From an uncultured Desulfobacterales bacterium (GTDB lineage Bacteria; Desulfobacterota; Dissulfuribacteria; Dissulfuribacterales; QOAL01), in assembly GCA_964469365.1 (NCBI GenBank), contig CAYXYO010000207.1:1-39502 (forward strand): DNA of 39,502 bases. The letters run 5' to 3'. The position numbers were made by a program, and so were the translations under genes. The notes beneath the pieces are model-generated. The model was given only the letters and a program-made list of their open reading frames with translations. It was not told where the DNA came from and made no database searches. Within the stretch, counting starts at the first letter, position 1, and every line of letters begins with the position of its first letter. Below are positions 16,931 through 26,099 of the stretch, piece after piece.

Positions 16931-18109
16931 ATGGCCAGACGTATTGGAATTGAGGTTTCTATTGCCGTGGCTGAGGCCGCGGCCCTTGCCCGTTCAGAGG
17001 TCATACCGGCATATCCCATCACGCCGCAGACCCATATTGTTGAACATCTCTCGGAAATCATAGCGGAAGGCAGGCTGGACGCCGAGTTCATACCCGTGGA
17101 GTCTGAGCACTCCGCCATGAGTTGCTGTTGCGGTTCAACCGCCGCCGGCGCAAGGACCTTCACGTCAACGAGCTCCCAGGGACTGGCCCTCATGAGCGAA
17201 ATACTTTATATACCGGCAACCATGCGGCTCCCGATGGTAATGGTGGTTGCCAACCGGGCCATGTCAGCCCCCATCAGCATCTGGAACGACCATCAGGATA
17301 TCATGGTCCAGAGGGATATAGGCTGGATACAGACCTTTGCCGAAAACGGTCAGGAGGCTGTTGACCTCACCATTCACGCATTCAAGGTGGCGGAAAGCAG
17401 GAGCGTCTCCCTGCCCATGATTGTAAACATTGATGGTTTTACCCTGAGCCATGTAATCGAACCTATTGAGCTGCCGGACCAGGAGGATGTTGACAGGTTT
17501 CTGCCGCCATTCAGGCCACGTTACAAACTGGACCCCAGAAAACCAATCAGCATGGGCGTGGTAGGTATCCCGGAAGTGTATACAGAGGCAAAGATGGCCC
17601 ATAACGAGGCCCTTAAAAATTCAAAACGCGCAATAATAAAGGCGTGGAAGGACTTTGCCGGGATATTTGGTCGCCAGTATAATCCTGTTGAAACATACAG
17701 AACCGATGATGCGGAAATAATGCTCGTTACCATGGGCAGCATCTCTGAAACCGCCATGACCGCCGTTGACGCCATGCGTGACGCCGGTAAAAAGGTCGGT
17801 CTTGTGCGTATTCGTCTCTGGCGGCCGTTTCCAGGCCAGGAGTTCCGCAAGGCAGCCGGAAAGGCAAAGGTGCTTGCCGTTATTGACAGGCATCTGCCGC
17901 CGGGAGCCCTTTGCGGTCCGGTAGGCGCTGAACTTAGGTCGCTCTTTTACAAGATTCCCGGAGCGCCCAAGATATTCAGTTTTGTCGCCGGACTTGGCGG
18001 CAGGGATGTTACTGTCGCAAGATTTGAAGAAATTGTAGACAAGGCAGGGGCCTATGCAAAGAAACGTCCCCGTGAACTCTACGAAGTCATTGGAGTACGT
18101 GAAAAATGA
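16931..18109 (+). CDS. porA: 2-oxoacid:ferredoxin oxidoreductase, alpha subunit
   Basis: AVAEAAALARSEVIPAYPITPQT...ESEHSAMS...TSSQGLALM are typical alpha-subunit blocks. I prefer the ATG at 16931, just after the porD stop and preceded by GGAGGAGGG, over the ORF-track start at 16886. Confidence 0.9.
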   Translation: MARRIGIEVSIAVAEAAALARSEVIPAYPITPQTHIVEHLSEIIAEGRLDAEFIPVESEHSAMSCCCGSTAAGARTFTSTSSQGLALMSEILYIPATMRLPMVMVVANRAMSAPISIWNDHQDIMVQRDIGWIQTFAENGQEAVDLTIHAFKVAESRSVSLPMIVNIDGFTLSHVIEPIELPDQEDVDRFLPPFRPRYKLDPRKPISMGVVGIPEVYTEAKMAHNEALKNSKRAIIKAWKDFAGIFGRQYNPVETYRTDDAEIMLVTMGSISETAMTAVDAMRDAGKKVGLVRIRLWRPFPGQEFRKAAGKAKVLAVIDRHLPPGALCGPVGAELRSLFYKIPGAPKIFSFVAGLGGRDVTVARFEEIVDKAGAYAKKRPRELYEVIGVREK

Positions 18110-19044
18110 TACCTGAACTGGAAAAATTCAAAGGTTTTAAGGCTAAAAGTATCCCGCAGGATGAACCGCTTGCCCCAGGCCACCGGGCATGTCAGGGGTG
18201 CGGAGAGGTCCTTGCCCTCAGGATGGTGATGAAGGCCCTTGGCCGGGATGTTATTGTATGCAATTCAACAGGATGCATGGAGATTATTACATCACCATTT
18301 CCACATACCGCCTGGCGGGTGCCATGGATTCATATAGCGTTTGAAAACTCGGCGTCTGTTGCATCAGGCGTTGAGGCGGCCCGCAAGGTTCTGCGAAGAA
18401 AGGGCAAGATTCCCAGGAAAAAGATAAATATCATGGCAGTGGGCGGAGACGGAGCCACTGGCGATATAGGTCTTCAGTGGATATCAGGGGCCTTTGAAAG
18501 GGGGCATGATTTCCTTTATGTGTGTCTTGACAACGAGGCGTATATGAATACAGGTGTGCAGCGGTCAGGCAGTACGCCATACGGCGCCATGACCACAACC
18601 ACCCCGCCGGGCAAGACAAGTTTCGGAGAGCTGAAATGGAAAAAGAATGTCCCGGCCATTGCCGTTGCCCACAACATACCCTATGTGGCCACGGCCTCAC
18701 CCGCGTATTATCTTGATCTGATGAACAAGATTAAAAAGGCGGCCCTTGTAGAGGGACCGGCCTATGTGCATATATATTCTCCATGTCCCACTGGCTGGGG
18801 GTCAGCCGGTGAGCGCTCCGTCGAGTTTTCAAGGCTGGCTGTGGAAACAAAGGTCTTTCCGCTCTATGAAGTCATAGAAGGGCGCTATGTTATGAGCCGC
18901 AAGATCAGCAAACCCAAACCGGAAACTGATTATCTCAAGGGACAGAGAAGGTTCAGACATCTGGATGAGCAACATATAGATCATATTCAGAAACGTGTTG
19001 ATGCGGAATATGAAAAACTGGTTAAACTGTCAGAGATGACATGA
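18106..19044 (+). CDS. porB: 2-oxoacid:ferredoxin oxidoreductase, beta subunit (TPP-binding)
   Basis: Contains CQGCGE, the TPP motif AVGGDGATGDIGLQ...LDNEAYMNTG and a CPTGW block. The start overlaps the porA stop (ATGA). Confidence 0.9.
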   Translation: MIPELEKFKGFKAKSIPQDEPLAPGHRACQGCGEVLALRMVMKALGRDVIVCNSTGCMEIITSPFPHTAWRVPWIHIAFENSASVASGVEAARKVLRRKGKIPRKKINIMAVGGDGATGDIGLQWISGAFERGHDFLYVCLDNEAYMNTGVQRSGSTPYGAMTTTTPPGKTSFGELKWKKNVPAIAVAHNIPYVATASPAYYLDLMNKIKKAALVEGPAYVHIYSPCPTGWGSAGERSVEFSRLAVETKVFPLYEVIEGRYVMSRKISKPKPETDYLKGQRRFRHLDEQHIDHIQKRVDAEYEKLVKLSEMT

Positions 19045-19052
19045 CTGTTCAG

Positions 19053-19083
19053 AGCCTCCTGTTAATCAGGAGGCTTTTTTTTT
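19053..19083 (+). terminator. Rho-independent terminator of the por operon
   Basis: A perfect 9-bp stem AGCCTCCTG / CAGGAGGCT with loop TTAAT, followed by a run of Ts, 9 nt after the porB stop. Confidence 0.75.
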
Positions 19084-19181
19084 GAAAGCTATCTGAAAAA
19101 GAAGGTATTTTCCGTCCTGTCTCATTGTCAGGGCCTTGCGCGCAATAACAGCATAACCGGAGCATCCGGAAAGTTTGGGAA

Positions 19182-20117
19182 ATGGACAAATTTCAGCAAC
19201 GGCATATACTGGGCATAGAACACCTCTCCGCATCTGATATCGAGTTTATCCTGGATACTGCGGAATCCCTTAAAAGCATACTGGACAGGCCGATAAAAAA
19301 GGTGCCGACCCTGAGGGGGCGCACAGTGGTTATGCTTTTCTTTGAACCAAGTACAAGGACAAAACTCTCCTTTGACCTGGCGGCAAAAAGGTTGAGCGCC
19401 GATTCAGTGGGCATAACCGCGTCAGCCAGCAGCATTGTCAAGGGTGAGACACTGATAGATACGGCCAGAAACATAGAAGCCATGAAGCCGGATGTAATCG
19501 TAATGCGTCATCCAATGTCAGGGGCGCCTCATCTGATGGCCCGACACGTTGACGCCGCGGTAATCAACGCCGGAGACGGCACCAATGAACACCCTTCCCA
19601 GGCCCTGCTGGACATGATGACAATACGTGAAAGAAAGGGGCGTATAAAGGGGTTGCAGGTGGCGATAATAGGTGATATCGCGCACAGCAGGGTAGCCAAA
19701 TCCGATATCAGGGCCCTTGTGAAGATGGGGGCCAGGGTGCGTGTGGCCGGTCCGGCCACAATGATGCCCAGATGCGTGGAAACCCTTGGCGCTGAGCCGT
19801 ATCTTCATATTGAAGAGGCCATAAGGGATGCCGATGTTGTTATGACCCTGAGGATTCAGCGGGAGAGGCAGGGCAGGGGGCTGTTCCCCAGCGAAAGGGA
19901 GTATGCCGCAAGATTCGGCATAAACAGTAAAAATTTTTCATTGGCAAGAGATGATGCCCTTATAATGCATCCAGGCCCGATAAACAGGGGGATTGAACTG
20001 ACAAATGAGCTTGCGGATTCAGACAGATCCGTCATACTCGACCAGGTGACAAACGGGGTGGCCGTAAGGATGGCCCTTTTTTCACTGCTCCTTCCTGAAC
20101 TCAGGCCGGAAACGTGA
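19182..20117 (+). CDS. pyrB: Aspartate carbamoyltransferase catalytic subunit
   Basis: FFEPSTRTKLSF, MRHP, NEHPSQALLD and HPGPINRG motifs. Confidence 0.92.
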   Translation: MDKFQQRHILGIEHLSASDIEFILDTAESLKSILDRPIKKVPTLRGRTVVMLFFEPSTRTKLSFDLAAKRLSADSVGITASASSIVKGETLIDTARNIEAMKPDVIVMRHPMSGAPHLMARHVDAAVINAGDGTNEHPSQALLDMMTIRERKGRIKGLQVAIIGDIAHSRVAKSDIRALVKMGARVRVAGPATMMPRCVETLGAEPYLHIEEAIRDADVVMTLRIQRERQGRGLFPSEREYAARFGINSKNFSLARDDALIMHPGPINRGIELTNELADSDRSVILDQVTNGVAVRMALFSLLLPELRPET

Positions 20118-20133
20118 TATACTGGAAGACAAG

Positions 20134-21441
20134 ATGAAAAATAACCGTCCCATACTTTTTGAAAATGGCAGGGTGATTGATCCTGCCCGCAACCTTGATT
20201 CCGGCATGCATAAGGTGCTGGTGCAGGACAACAGGTCATATCTCCTCGCAAAGGATGAGCCGTCTCCTGAAGACGCCATGCTGTATGATATTGAAGGTAA
20301 ATGGATTGTGCCAGGATTGGTTGACATGCATGTTCATCTAAGGGAGCCTGGCCAGGAGTACAAGGAGACCATTGAGTCGGGGACACGGGCCGCGGCAGCG
20401 GGCGGTTTTACAGCGGTTGCATGCATGCCCAACACCGTGCCGCCCAATGATACCGCATCAGTGACGCGCCATATCATTGGCAAGGCCGCGGAAGCCGGGT
20501 CTTGCCGGGTATATCCTGTGGCGGCCATTACAATAAAACAGGCAGGGGAAAGGCTTGCTGAATTTGGAGACCTTCTTGAGGCAGGCGCGGTCGCCTTTTC
20601 AGATGACGGCGTCCCGGTCCGGGACCCTGCTGTCATGAGGCTCGCCCTGGAGTACTCCCTTAATTTCGATACCTTGATAATATCCCATGCGGAAGAGCCT
20701 GCCCTCTCCGGTGGTGGAAGCATGAATGAAGGCAGGATGTCAACCATGCTCGGGCTCAAGGGCATTCCCAACGCGGCTGAAGATATAGCGGTTTTTCGTG
20801 ATATATGTCTGGCTGAACTTGTGGGGGCGCGGCTTCATATCGCCCATGTAAGCACAAGGGGGGCCGTGGAAATAGTTCGCAGGGCAAAGGCCAGGGGCGT
20901 GCGGGTTACGGCAGAGACAGCGCCGCACTATTTCTCGCTTACGGAAGACGCGGTCAGCGGGTACAATACTTCCGCAAAGATGAATCCGCCTCTCAGGACA
21001 GAAGAGGACAGACTGGCGGTTGTTGAGGGATTGAAAGATGGGACGCTGGATGCCATAGCCACAGATCATGCCCCTCACAGTCCCCTTGAAAAGGATGTGG
21101 AGTTCCCCCTGGCCGCAAACGGTATTACCGGACTGGAAACCGCGATTCCCCTTACACTGGAGCTTGTGAGACAAAAGGCGCTTTCCCCCCTTGAAATGGT
21201 GAGACTCCTTTCCCTTGCTCCGTCTTCAATCCTTTCCCTTGACAGCGGAACGATTTCCGAAACAGGCCCTGCTGACCTGACGGTTATTGACCCGGAGCTG
21301 GAGTGGGAGGTGTCACGTGAAACGCTCTTTTCCAGGGGGCTCAATACGCCTTTTCTCAACAAAAAGGTGAAAGGCAGGGCCATAATCACGGTAGTTGACG
21401 GTGAAGTAAGGTACAAATACCATAATATATGCAAAACTTGA
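20134..21441 (+). CDS. pyrC: Dihydroorotase (multifunctional-complex type)
   Basis: The metal site is DMHVHLREPG. AFSDDG, HAE and TDHAPH blocks are present. It lies immediately downstream of pyrB. Confidence 0.9.
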   Translation: MKNNRPILFENGRVIDPARNLDSGMHKVLVQDNRSYLLAKDEPSPEDAMLYDIEGKWIVPGLVDMHVHLREPGQEYKETIESGTRAAAAGGFTAVACMPNTVPPNDTASVTRHIIGKAAEAGSCRVYPVAAITIKQAGERLAEFGDLLEAGAVAFSDDGVPVRDPAVMRLALEYSLNFDTLIISHAEEPALSGGGSMNEGRMSTMLGLKGIPNAAEDIAVFRDICLAELVGARLHIAHVSTRGAVEIVRRAKARGVRVTAETAPHYFSLTEDAVSGYNTSAKMNPPLRTEEDRLAVVEGLKDGTLDAIATDHAPHSPLEKDVEFPLAANGITGLETAIPLTLELVRQKALSPLEMVRLLSLAPSSILSLDSGTISETGPADLTVIDPELEWEVSRETLFSRGLNTPFLNKKVKGRAIITVVDGEVRYKYHNICKT

Positions 21442-21521
21442 CAGCATCTTGCATAATCTCTCCTCTTATCACGCAGTCAACTATTGACTCATGACCTGTG
21501 CCATATTACAGATATGCTACC

Positions 21522-22637
21522 ATGGCAGACAAAAAATTATTCAAGGATATCCCCCCCCTCAGAATAGGTGACATTGAGGTGCCTCTTCCCATTATTCAGG
21601 GAGGAATGGGCATAGGAGTCTCCATGGAGGGACTGGCCACAGCCGTTGCCAGGGCTGGCGGAGTTGGTGTGCTGGCAGCGGTTCTTATAGGTTTTGAAGA
21701 GAAGGGCTTTTTGAAAGACCCCATGACCGTCACGCTGAACTCTCTGGAAAGACAGATAAAAAACTCCAAAAGAAATTCCGGAGGGGTTATTGGTGTCAAT
21801 ATCATGGTGGCGCTTGAGAATTATGAAGAGATATGCAGGACCGCAGCCCTTGCGGGAGCGGATATTATCATAAGCGGCGCCGGTCTTCCCATGCAGCTTC
21901 CGGCAACCATACCTGAAGGCTGCGACACCAAACTTGTTCCCATTGTGTCATCAGGCAGGGCGGCCGCCATAATATGCAAAAGATGGTTCGCCCACTATAA
22001 AAGACTTCCTGACGCGGTTGTTGTGGAAGGACCGAAGGCTGGCGGGCATTTGGGCTTCAGGGCTGAGGACCTCGAAAAGGAGGAATTTCAGATAGAGGCC
22101 CTGGTGCAGGATGTATGCAGCTCGTTGAAACCCTTTGAGAAAAAGCATGGAGTCGATATACCTGTTATTGCCGCTGGGGGCATATATGACGGTGAAGACA
22201 TATATAACATATTTCAGCTCGGGGCCGCGGGGGTTCAGATGGGCACGCGGTTTGTCGCCACGGAAGAGTGTGACGCGTCCGATACCTTCAAGGAAGCATA
22301 TCTCAAGGCGACAAGGGATGACATAGTAATAATCAAGAGTCCTGTGGGCATGCCAGGCAGGGCGCTTTCCGGCAAGTTCACCGACAAGGTTGCGTCAGGT
22401 GAAAAGCAGCCCAAAAACTGTATATACCACTGCCTTCGTCCATGCACATATCCAGATACTCCATATTGTATAGGCATGGCACTGATAAATGCCAAACGCG
22501 GTTATCTTGACGCAGGTTTTGTTTTCTGCGGGGAAAACGTATGGAGGGTCAATAAAATTGTGAAGGTGCAGGAACTTATGGATGAGCTGGTGCAGGGTTA
22601 TCGTAACGCGGTTCAGGCGCATTCGTCTCAAGCCTGA
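21522..22637 (+). CDS. Nitronate monooxygenase / FabK-like FMN oxidoreductase (NPD family)
   Basis: IIQGGMGIGVS, GVIGVNIMV, VVVEGPKAGGHLG and IAAGGIYDG...GAAGVQMGTRF are typical TIM-barrel NMO blocks. The start is uncertain: ATG at 21522 or GTG at 21498, neither with a clear Shine-Dalgarno sequence. Confidence 0.8.
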   Translation: MADKKLFKDIPPLRIGDIEVPLPIIQGGMGIGVSMEGLATAVARAGGVGVLAAVLIGFEEKGFLKDPMTVTLNSLERQIKNSKRNSGGVIGVNIMVALENYEEICRTAALAGADIIISGAGLPMQLPATIPEGCDTKLVPIVSSGRAAAIICKRWFAHYKRLPDAVVVEGPKAGGHLGFRAEDLEKEEFQIEALVQDVCSSLKPFEKKHGVDIPVIAAGGIYDGEDIYNIFQLGAAGVQMGTRFVATEECDASDTFKEAYLKATRDDIVIIKSPVGMPGRALSGKFTDKVASGEKQPKNCIYHCLRPCTYPDTPYCIGMALINAKRGYLDAGFVFCGENVWRVNKIVKVQELMDELVQGYRNAVQAHSSQA

Positions 22638-22667
22638 GTCCGACAATATATGTTTTTGAACTTTAAT

Positions 22668-22756
22668 GGACGCCTTGTAAAGTCGCTTTTTTGGGGGCTT
22701 GTTGTCTTGGCCGTTGTCGAATTGACCAACAAGAAATAATGTTTTCAAGGCATACC
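22668..22756 (+). repeat. Shortened copy of the intergenic repeat family, copy D
   Basis: The 5' arm GGACGCCTTGTAAAGTCGCTTTTTTGG and 3' arm AATGTTTTCAAGGCATACC match the family arms. The internal region is shorter. The copy ends 22 nt before the rubrerythrin ATG. Confidence 0.45.
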
Positions 22757-22778
22757 TTATAGCTATAGGTGAAGAAAG

Positions 22779-23354
22779 ATGAAAAGTATCAAGGGAACAA
22801 AGACTGAAAAAAATATTCTGACTGCATTTTGCGGGGAATCCCAGGCAAGGAATCGCTATACCTATTTCGCGTCAAAGGCAAAAAAAGAAGGATATGTACA
22901 GATCGCGGAAATTTTTCTTGAGACTGCCAATCAGGAAAAGGAACATGCCAAGCGTCTTTTCAAGCTGCTTGAAGGCGGAGAGGTGGAGATATGCGGGGCG
23001 TTTCCTGCCGGTGTGACAGGTTCAACTGTTGAGAACCTTGCCGAGGCCGCTGCGGGGGAACATCATGAACACACAGTCATGTATCCGGAGTTTGCCAGTA
23101 CAGCGCGTGAAGAGGGTTTTAATGAAATCGCGGTTATATTTGAAGCCATAGCCGTAGCTGAAAAACAGCATGAAAAACGTTACCGTGAACTGAAGGAAAA
23201 TATAGAAAACGACCGGGTATTCAAACGGGAAGACAAGGTGGCATGGCGTTGCCGTAACTGCGGGTTTGTGTATGAAGGCACTGACGCCCCTGAAAAATGT
23301 CCTGCATGCGACCATCCAAAGGCGCATTTTGAGATATTGGGCGAAAACTGGTAA
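22779..23354 (+). CDS. rbr: Rubrerythrin
   Basis: The N-terminal diiron four-helix domain shows ESQARNRY, EKEHAKRL, GEHHEH and EKQHEKRY. The C-terminal rubredoxin-like domain is WRCRNCGFVYEG...CPACDHP. Confidence 0.92.
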   Translation: MKSIKGTKTEKNILTAFCGESQARNRYTYFASKAKKEGYVQIAEIFLETANQEKEHAKRLFKLLEGGEVEICGAFPAGVTGSTVENLAEAAAGEHHEHTVMYPEFASTAREEGFNEIAVIFEAIAVAEKQHEKRYRELKENIENDRVFKREDKVAWRCRNCGFVYEGTDAPEKCPACDHPKAHFEILGENW

Positions 23355-23557
23355 TGATTTTTAATAACGGAAGGTGTAATTCAAATCAAGAAAAGTGAAC
23401 AAGTTCACTGGATCTATCATGTAGATCATTCCAACCGAATAATTTCACTTGCAAACAACTGGTCAGAAAGTCATGTGTTCGTTCAAACAGCTTTTATATT
23501 TTTATCAACATGAATCTTGAATTACATGCGGCTACTAAGATTAGCCAATCAATTACA

Positions 23558-23582
23558 GGGGCAAATGTAACGCCCCTTTTTT
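23558..23582 (+). terminator. Candidate Rho-independent terminator about 200 nt downstream of rubrerythrin
   Basis: GGGGC / GCCCC stem with a 9-nt loop, followed by TTTTTT. The stem is short, so confidence is moderate. Confidence 0.4.
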
Positions 23583-23599
23583 ATTGTCAGAGGCAATTC

Positions 23600-23608
23600 T
23601 GATATAAT
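23600..23608 (+). promoter_or_regulatory. Candidate extended -10 promoter element (TGATATAAT) for the GH26-like gene
   Basis: TGnTATAAT match at 23600-23608, about 78 nt upstream of the ATG at 23686. There is no good -35 at 17-nt spacing. Confidence 0.3.
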
Positions 23609-23685
23609 ATGCCTTGATTGTCCATTGTGTTGAGAGTTTTTGATATGAATCAGAGGTGGCCATAAAAAGCCTCAGGAGGAAAACC

Positions 23686-25818
23686 ATGTCTCTTTTCAGA
23701 AACAGATTTGTGTATCTGTCTGTAATTACTCTTGTTTGTGTTTGCTTTTCAAGTGCGTCAGCGGAAATAGATTATGATATCTGGCAGGCAATGCAACAGG
23801 CAGATCAATATGAACAGGCCGGTAAACTGGCCGATGCCCTGCCTTTGTGGCTGACTATTATAGATTATTTTGAAAAGGGGCAGGATGAATCTTCATGGAC
23901 CAATGCCGCCATGTATCATAAAAAGGCAGGGAAATATTATGACAGCATAAAGGATTATGATAAGGCAATATATCATTATGAAAAAGAAAATGAATTCTGG
24001 GAAAAACTGGGCAAGGACTGGGGGACTGAAGACATGCTCAGGGCAGATCAGATACGCACTGTCTTTGACATATATGTGGAAACAGCACCTGACAATAACA
24101 GGAAACTCGCAAAATACGAGCCCAGGGCCGGATATTATAATGGCATATACTGTGAGCATGATTCCAATATAGGTCAGAATCTTTATCTGACCCGCAGTGT
24201 TTACGGCCATCACACCATGTTTCTGTTTTATGAAGAGTGGGGCAATATGTATGACTTTGATTACGGCGTCAAATCGCCCTTTGACATAAAGATGGCAGAG
24301 CGCATAAAGAACGAAGGTGCAGGTTTTCAGCAGGCCCTGAATTCTTCGGTCAGTGGTCTGGAAATCATTAAAGAGGATGCCTGGATAACAGCATGGGCAA
24401 AGGCAGCCAGGGAAAGTGGAGTTGAGATTTTTTTGCGATTTCTTCCCGAAATGAATGGAGACTGGGCTGCATGGGCCGGAGACCCTGTAAAATATAAGGA
24501 CAAATTCCGTTTAGTACATGATATAATGGAACGACTTGCTCCCAATGTGGTAATGGTGTGGTGCCCAAATGATGTGCCTGTGGAGCTTCATGGACATCGC
24601 ATTGAGGATTATTATCCTGGAGATGAATATGTTGACTGGGTTGGCGTAAATTTTTATGTGGACTATTACAACAGCGGCGATGCCAGCAAGCCGGACAACA
24701 GGCTGCAAAATCCACTGGATCACCTGAAATATGTCTATAACATGTTCCATGAACGTAAACCCATCATGATATGTGAAACTGGGGTAAGTCATTACTCCAT
24801 TACAACTGGAGAAGATCTTACGGAATGGGCGGTGGCAAATCTGGAAAAACTTTATTCAATGCTGCCTGTTGTATATCCGGATGTAAAGGCCATAACCTAT
24901 TTCAGCATGGATCAGGGCAGTCCTTTTTACAATAATCATAACACGATATGGAATAATTACCGGCTTTCTGATAACAAACGGATGGCTGATACATACCGTG
25001 AACTTATGAAATCCGCCAGTATTGTTCACAAGATTGGCGGAAGCGCAGGATTTACATATAAAAAGATCCGTCAGTCAGAGTTGCCCCTGTATAAAAAAAT
25101 AATTTTTGACATCAAAATAGCTGATTACAAGATAAGCAAGGTGGAAATATTTATTGACGATAACCTGGTAAAGGTCGATTCCAGCCTGCCTTTTTCCCTT
25201 GAATATAATCTGGCATTCGCTGATAAACTGAAGGTCAAGGTATATGGATCAGATGGACTTTTCGCCATGGAAAGAGAGATTGTCCTGAACAGTAAAGACA
25301 CCAGTCTTAATGGCGCATATTTGTCTGGCTTTGGTACGGGCATGGAGTTTTGCAAAAGCGGCATCAGTACTTGTGACCATTTGTCCCAGACTCTTGCGGT
25401 TCCCAATATGGAGACAGGAAGATGTCAATATGTTGATAGCCAAGGCAATATCCAGATACCATGTATGTGGTTAGGAAACGGTCTGTTTGGTATTACTCTC
25501 GGTTTAACAAGCACGTCGCCTGATATAATCGCTGATCTTGCAGGGGCATCAGTGAAAGATGCCGGTAGCAACGTGTGGTTCTGGGGATATCAGCAAGGGG
25601 TTGAGGCCTGCCTGGATGATATAAAGGGTTGTAGTGATTCTGAAATCAAGGACGCCTTTATAAATGTATGCGCGGAATTCGACCTCTCAACAAATCGTCT
25701 GGTAATGCCGTGCATGTCTGGCGCTGGTTCCATCTATAATACAGTAATGGAACTGTTTAGCATTGACCCGGTACAGTTGCGGCTTGTCTCAGCAGAAGAA
25801 GTAAAAAATAGCAGATAA
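23686..25818 (+). CDS. Secreted multidomain protein: TPR-like N-terminus, GH26-like glycoside hydrolase domain, Ig-like module and duplicated 4-Cys C-terminal module
   Basis: Signal peptide MSLFRNRFVYLSVITLVCVCFSSASA. GH26-like blocks are FLRFLPEMNGDWAAWAG (acid/base Glu), VWCPN, YYPGDEYVDWVGVNFY and PIMICETGV (nucleophile Glu). I prefer the ATG at 23686, preceded by AGGAGG, over the ORF-track start at 23656. Confidence 0.75.
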   Translation: MSLFRNRFVYLSVITLVCVCFSSASAEIDYDIWQAMQQADQYEQAGKLADALPLWLTIIDYFEKGQDESSWTNAAMYHKKAGKYYDSIKDYDKAIYHYEKENEFWEKLGKDWGTEDMLRADQIRTVFDIYVETAPDNNRKLAKYEPRAGYYNGIYCEHDSNIGQNLYLTRSVYGHHTMFLFYEEWGNMYDFDYGVKSPFDIKMAERIKNEGAGFQQALNSSVSGLEIIKEDAWITAWAKAARESGVEIFLRFLPEMNGDWAAWAGDPVKYKDKFRLVHDIMERLAPNVVMVWCPNDVPVELHGHRIEDYYPGDEYVDWVGVNFYVDYYNSGDASKPDNRLQNPLDHLKYVYNMFHERKPIMICETGVSHYSITTGEDLTEWAVANLEKLYSMLPVVYPDVKAITYFSMDQGSPFYNNHNTIWNNYRLSDNKRMADTYRELMKSASIVHKIGGSAGFTYKKIRQSELPLYKKIIFDIKIADYKISKVEIFIDDNLVKVDSSLPFSLEYNLAFADKLKVKVYGSDGLFAMEREIVLNSKDTSLNGAYLSGFGTGMEFCKSGISTCDHLSQTLAVPNMETGRCQYVDSQGNIQIPCMWLGNGLFGITLGLTSTSPDIIADLAGASVKDAGSNVWFWGYQQGVEACLDDIKGCSDSEIKDAFINVCAEFDLSTNRLVMPCMSGAGSIYNTVMELFSIDPVQLRLVSAEEVKNSR

Positions 25819-25829
25819 TTGGTTGACCT

Positions 25830-26099
25830 TCAGGTTTTTTTCTGTTGCTCAATAAATTTCTGTTTGCATTCCCTGCTGCAAAAAAAGTGTTGTCTGCCCC
25901 TGTAATAGAGTTGCGTTGCCTCACGTTTGGGGCAGTAAACACCGCATACCGGGTCTTTTACAAGTTCATCGGTTATGGGGGCTGGCCTGCCTGTATGGCA
26001 GGATGAAGGCCCGCGGCCCTCTCCGAAGGCCCTGAATTTTCTTTTCAGGTACCAGTAGGCCGCGGCGCAGATCACCGCAAAAAGGATGAGCCTTCCCAT
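25830..26099 (-). CDS. Small membrane-anchored YHS/TRASH-type zinc-ribbon protein
   Basis: N-terminal TM helix (LILFAVICAAAYWYL), then DPVCGVYCPKREATQLYYRGRQHFFCSRECKQKF, a YHS-like CxxxC...CxxxC pattern. The ATG overlaps the folK stop by 1 nt (TGATG). Confidence 0.65.
   Translation of the reverse strand: MGRLILFAVICAAAYWYLKRKFRAFGEGRGPSSCHTGRPAPITDELVKDPVCGVYCPKREATQLYYRGRQHFFCSRECKQKFIEQQKKT

Noticed and set aside
16283-17193. Minus-strand ORFs of 165, 140 and 180 aa across porC, porD and porA
   Set aside because: They are antisense shadows of strongly supported por genes and show no motifs.
19856-20386. 176-aa minus-strand ORF spanning the pyrB/pyrC junction
   Set aside because: It is antisense to two well-supported CDS.
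23391-23410. Hairpin AGTGAAC-AA-GTTCACT after rubrerythrin, considered as a terminator
   Set aside because: The loop is too tight and no T-run follows. The hairpin at 23558-23582 is a better candidate.
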